Part shown: positions 61,501-64,000 of the stretch, one piece after another
Layout of the letters: each line of letters starts with the position of its first letter
Position numbering within the stretch: the first letter of the stretch is position 1
NCBI GenBank assembly: GCA_963727525.1
Contig: CAVSGO010000007.1
Span: forward strand, 736,001 to 800,000
Origin: an uncultured bacterium
Lineage (GTDB): Bacteria > Krumholzibacteriota > Krumholzibacteriia > LZORAL124-64-63
Direction of reading: 5' to 3'
DNA length: 64,000 nucleotides
Program-made: the position numbers and the translations under genes
Notes under the pieces: model-generated
The model's database searches: none
What the model saw: the letters and a program-made list of their open reading frames with translations, nothing else
What the model was told of the DNA's origin: nothing

Positions 61501-62113
61501 GGTCGTGTTCACGACGAACGAAGGCCACCTCCTCGCGCTCGACGCGCGCGGTGAACTGCTCGACCATCTCCCGTTCCGCAGCGGTGACGAGAGCGAGCCC
61601 ATTCTCGCGCTCGGCGACGGTCCTGGCGGCGATGTCCGCACGATTTACATGCTCAATCGTGGCGGGTACACGGGGCCGCCGCACGATCGCCTGCTCGGCA
61701 ACGGGCGGATCGTCGGCTACGGCGTGCCGGGGGCGTCGAGCCAGGGCACGAGCGAGTGGCTCGGCGTCGGCGGTGGGCCCGCGCGCACCGGCACGATGGG
61801 CACTGCACGCGATCTCGGCGGCATCTCGCCGGCCGATGCATATCGTGACGCAGTGGTCTACTATCCCAACCCCGTGAAGGGGCCGGAAGTGACCGTTCGT
61901 TTCAGCAGCGGCAGCTCTCGCGAGGCGCAGCTGACGATCTATAACCTGCAGGGCGAGGAGGTGCTGCACCGCGCCATCCCCGTCAGCGCAGGACAGGTGA
62001 ACGAGGCGACGGTCCCCTTCGACGTGGCCTCGGGCATGTACGTGTGCCGGCTGGAACGGGAAGGCCCGGCGGGCTGGACGCGAACCGTCACCACACTCGC
62101 CGTGGAACGCTAG
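58562..62113 (+). CDS. M6 (immune inhibitor A-like) metalloprotease with FG-GAP-like repeats and T9SS-like CTD
   Basis: IIFAHAG, HEFGHALGLVDVYD, WDLMDSG, FFLIENR, GLLVWH, LVEADG; DLDGDGDDDIV and DITGDGSDEVV; YPNP...IYNLQGE...VASGMYVCRL. Start uncertain (GTG 58562). Confidence 0.82.
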   Translation: MKRGSGALRHGLWSLGLQSLALWLAVVWTLTAVAASASRPDRIPVHKMNRDAILALPGGSAMLEREQTRARIEGDRWRQVHDLLGSRHISVKGQRQLTRMGLGPARLQADADKAADVTAAWDGVDTLRVLLVRIGFETNRDSTLTTVTNGGDFMLAPADTSDALPIDPSPHNKAFFEAHLNGLADFYRFQSGGRLHIESRVLPEGDTDSYKLADIADYGPGADGYWTIDGLERFVRDAIMAADQGTQADGSANLADYDDDNPFTYIIFAHAGSDWQSDVNQDSPNDIPTFFVTLGEDQPLTSIDSHTGAVGALTECSVIPETTTQDGYKGSIAAALYHEFGHALGLVDVYDTTTGLPSVGVWDLMDSGTNLAANLATDANHDGEITDDEVFSVTGVLPPSLGAWNKWFLGWAEVGTLTGAEETVKLPAVGVPRAEYHRYATTSGDFSEEYPQLLEAGASPREFFLIENRWVPLDEQDTPFDNYDPQTGAGGLFFVRDEATGVVLYLGGELHGVQQNTGLYDYFLPEGGLLVWHVNMDRIEPNLASNTINWHADGLKLVEADGIQDIGVVDAYVLGWYGSSRDPFTPYNLIGSLSLEVADRPSSRAYDRSYTGVHLWNIADDGDSHGAVMRFQAAVEPVVGAFPYELPPRIDAGDTLRARALDLTSLTPLNDHLFLADAPPLGETATLFALDRSGQPAFPVETTLPVGAVATLDGALAGPPATTTLTDLDAFVAVTVHGTVTAWRVNDTADGVQAMWSTAVADTALAGAIPVDLNGQTRLLCPLSPTHVALLGSDGNPVGDTAVLVGPGGMSPSTFVAPPRVWRRDTDAVLLCFTPDGWYAVTAEELGFSGDPVFHAYAEGTQDTVWPALVATTTGAELVVFGSGGDLGAWALTGNQVAPAPWHGAVSEPLVGEPAVADLDGDGDDDIVAATPLRVFAWQADGTVLTGFPAVLLNLFPLADSTQVRGTLVVADITGDGSDEVVFTTNEGHLLALDARGELLDHLPFRSGDESEPILALGDGPGGDVRTIYMLNRGGYTGPPHDRLLGNGRIVGYGVPGASSQGTSEWLGVGGGPARTGTMGTARDLGGISPADAYRDAVVYYPNPVKGPEVTVRFSSGSSREAQLTIYNLQGEEVLHRAIPVSAGQVNEATVPFDVASGMYVCRLEREGPAGWTRTVTTLAVER

Positions 62114-62136
62114 CCGCGGCGCGAAAGGACGAAACG

Positions 62137-63069
62137 ATGCGCACGACAATGCGTGGAGCCTGGTTGCTGATCGGCGTACTGGGCCTGTTCGCCGTGACGG
62201 CGGCCCAGGCCAGCGACTCGACCTGGTGGCAACGGCAGGCCGCCCTCGAGGTGGCCAGCCTCACGGGGCAGCTCGCGACGGATACCTTCGGCAACGCTGG
62301 GAGCGACGGTCCCGTACTCAGCGAATCGAGTCAGGGACACTCGCCGGCCGTACCCATGCTGCTGTCCCTGCTCGTGCCCGGCGCCGGAGAGGTCTATCTC
62401 GGCAAGAAGATCGGGTTCCTGTTCATGGCGGGCGACCTTTTCTCCTGGTACGAGGTGATCCACAACACCAGCGTCGGCAACGACAAGCGCGACGAGTACT
62501 ACGTCTACGCCCAGCAACACTGGTTCGAGGACAAGCTCGACGCGGCATACGATCCAAACTACCTCGATCGTGCCGATGCGAACCTCGCGTATACCGATGT
62601 CGTCGACGTCGGCCATGACTACTTCAGCGACTTCCCCGTGGGCTACCAGAACATCCCGCTGTGGGTGTCGTCGATCGCCGATCGGCGGGAGTACTTCGAG
62701 AACCTGGGCAAGTGGGATCAATTCGTCTTCGGCTGGGACGACTTCCGGAATCCCACCACGTTCCTCGACGGCATCGATCCGGATCCGATCTACCTTAAGG
62801 ATCCGCGCACGTCGGAGCACCGCGAGACCTATCGCGCGATGCGCCGCGATTCGAACAATGCCTTCGACCGCCGCGACCGCTTCATCTACGTCTCGCTAGC
62901 ACTGCGTGTGGCGAGCGTGCTCCACGTCGCCTACCTCGAGGGCCTGCTATTCGGCGACGGCGGCGCAAACAGCGGCAACGACCTGCAGGTGGCCGGGCAT
63001 CCGGTGCAGATCTTCGCGGAGCCGGTGGGGCGGTCGGCGGGTATCGTCGGCGCCTCGCTGAGCTTCTGA
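62137..63069 (+). CDS. Exported hypothetical protein (SLLVPGAG motif, DUF5683-like), paralog 1
   Basis: Signal peptide ending AQA; SLLVPGAGEVY; C-terminal GASLSF. Confidence 0.72.
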   Translation: MRTTMRGAWLLIGVLGLFAVTAAQASDSTWWQRQAALEVASLTGQLATDTFGNAGSDGPVLSESSQGHSPAVPMLLSLLVPGAGEVYLGKKIGFLFMAGDLFSWYEVIHNTSVGNDKRDEYYVYAQQHWFEDKLDAAYDPNYLDRADANLAYTDVVDVGHDYFSDFPVGYQNIPLWVSSIADRREYFENLGKWDQFVFGWDDFRNPTTFLDGIDPDPIYLKDPRTSEHRETYRAMRRDSNNAFDRRDRFIYVSLALRVASVLHVAYLEGLLFGDGGANSGNDLQVAGHPVQIFAEPVGRSAGIVGASLSF

Positions 63070-63080
63070 AAGGAGACGCG

Positions 63081-63875
63081 GTGAAGACGTTCGACACGAC
63101 ACGACGCGCGACCCTCGCGATCTTGCTGGGGATGGCGCTGGCCGGTTCGGCCGCGGCCGGCGACCGCGACTGGTACGGCGCGGGCGCTTCGGGCGGGTGG
63201 CGCGACCTGCTGGGCGCCCAGGAGATCGGTGGCACCCACGTCGAACCGCGCGCCGGGCATGGGGGCGGTTCGCATCGCATGAGCACCAAGCTCAAGGCGG
63301 GTGCTCTGTCCCTGCTCGTCCCCGGGGCCGGGCAGATCCTCGTCAACGGGGATCGCGAGAAGGGTTTCATCATGATGGGCGCCGAGGCGGCGATCTGGGG
63401 GGCGTTCCTGGTCTTCGATCACCAGGGCGACGGCTGGGCCGACGACTACCGCGAGTGGGCCGGGATCTACGCCGGCACGCAAGGCGACCACGGCGACTAC
63501 TACTGGCAGTCCGTGGGCCGATACTCCGACAGCGACGCGTACTACGAATCCCAGTTGCGCGAGGCGCGGGCATTCGGCGAGGCGACGCCGGACCCGCTGC
63601 CCGCGAGCGACGCGTGGCAGTGGCGGAACGCAACCTACCAGGGGCAGTATCAGGGGATGCGCGCCGACGCCTCGCGCGCCTATGATCGGCGCGACTTCAT
63701 GATCCTCTTCGCGATCCTCAACCGGGCCGTGTCGGCCTTCGACGCCGTACGCAACGCCGGTCACGGCGACGAGCCGGCGCTGGGCGCCCGCGTGATGGGC
63801 CTCGACCTGGCGGTCGATATCAGTCCGTCGCTTCGCCACCCGGAGGCCCGCTGCGGCCTCGGGCGGAGCTTCTAG
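63081..63875 (+). CDS. Exported hypothetical protein (SLLVPGAG motif, DUF5683-like), paralog 2
   Basis: Signal peptide; SLLVPGAGQIL; MRADASRAYDRRD; C-terminal GLGRSF; GTG start after AAGGAG. Confidence 0.72.
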   Translation: MKTFDTTRRATLAILLGMALAGSAAAGDRDWYGAGASGGWRDLLGAQEIGGTHVEPRAGHGGGSHRMSTKLKAGALSLLVPGAGQILVNGDREKGFIMMGAEAAIWGAFLVFDHQGDGWADDYREWAGIYAGTQGDHGDYYWQSVGRYSDSDAYYESQLREARAFGEATPDPLPASDAWQWRNATYQGQYQGMRADASRAYDRRDFMILFAILNRAVSAFDAVRNAGHGDEPALGARVMGLDLAVDISPSLRHPEARCGLGRSF

Positions 63876-63876
63876 C

Positions 63877-64000
63877 GTGCGCGCGCGGCCGGTTCTCGTG
63901 GGATACGCGGTCGTGGGCCTGGCGCTGGCGCTGGTCGGCTGCGCGAGCACCATCCACGATGCCGGCGGTGGCAGGGCGTCGCCGGTTCGCGCGTCGGCAG
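63877..64000 (+). CDS. Lipoprotein, 5' partial (runs off the window)
   Basis: GTG 1 nt after the previous stop; MRARPVLVGYAVVGLALALVGC (lipobox LVGC); open to the window end. Confidence 0.6.
   Translation, partial: MRARPVLVGYAVVGLALALVGCASTIHDAGGGRASPVRASA

Overview
High-GC bacterial chromosomal window. It starts inside an rRNA operon (3' part of 23S, 5S, terminator) and is mostly housekeeping. Genes present: ADP-forming acyl-CoA ligase, sppA, an orphan Wzz-like/BY-kinase pair, MFS transporter, bifunctional FTCD, MFP plus two RND permeases, NYN and TPR proteins, a complete nuoA-N operon (fused CD, short G, extended H), SSADH, an ORFan, acyl-CoA dehydrogenase, NifU, suhB-NhaC-DUF62-lipoprotein, PIN-PhoH, a frameshifted M23 peptidase, dnaE and accA. 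The last 11 kb is the most interesting part. A near-consensus sigma70 promoter and a ~150-nt leader with two competing helices precede trm112, a PorU-like C25 sortase, a PorV-like barrel, a CTD-bearing M6 metalloprotease, two paralogous exported proteins of unknown function and a lipoprotein. This looks like a type IX secretion (T9SS)-like attachment operon in a GC-rich, probably non-Bacteroidota FCB-group organism (Krumholzibacteria/Latescibacteria-like; inference only). No CRISPR array, tRNA, transposase or prophage gene was seen. All family calls come from motif recognition by eye, not database searches.
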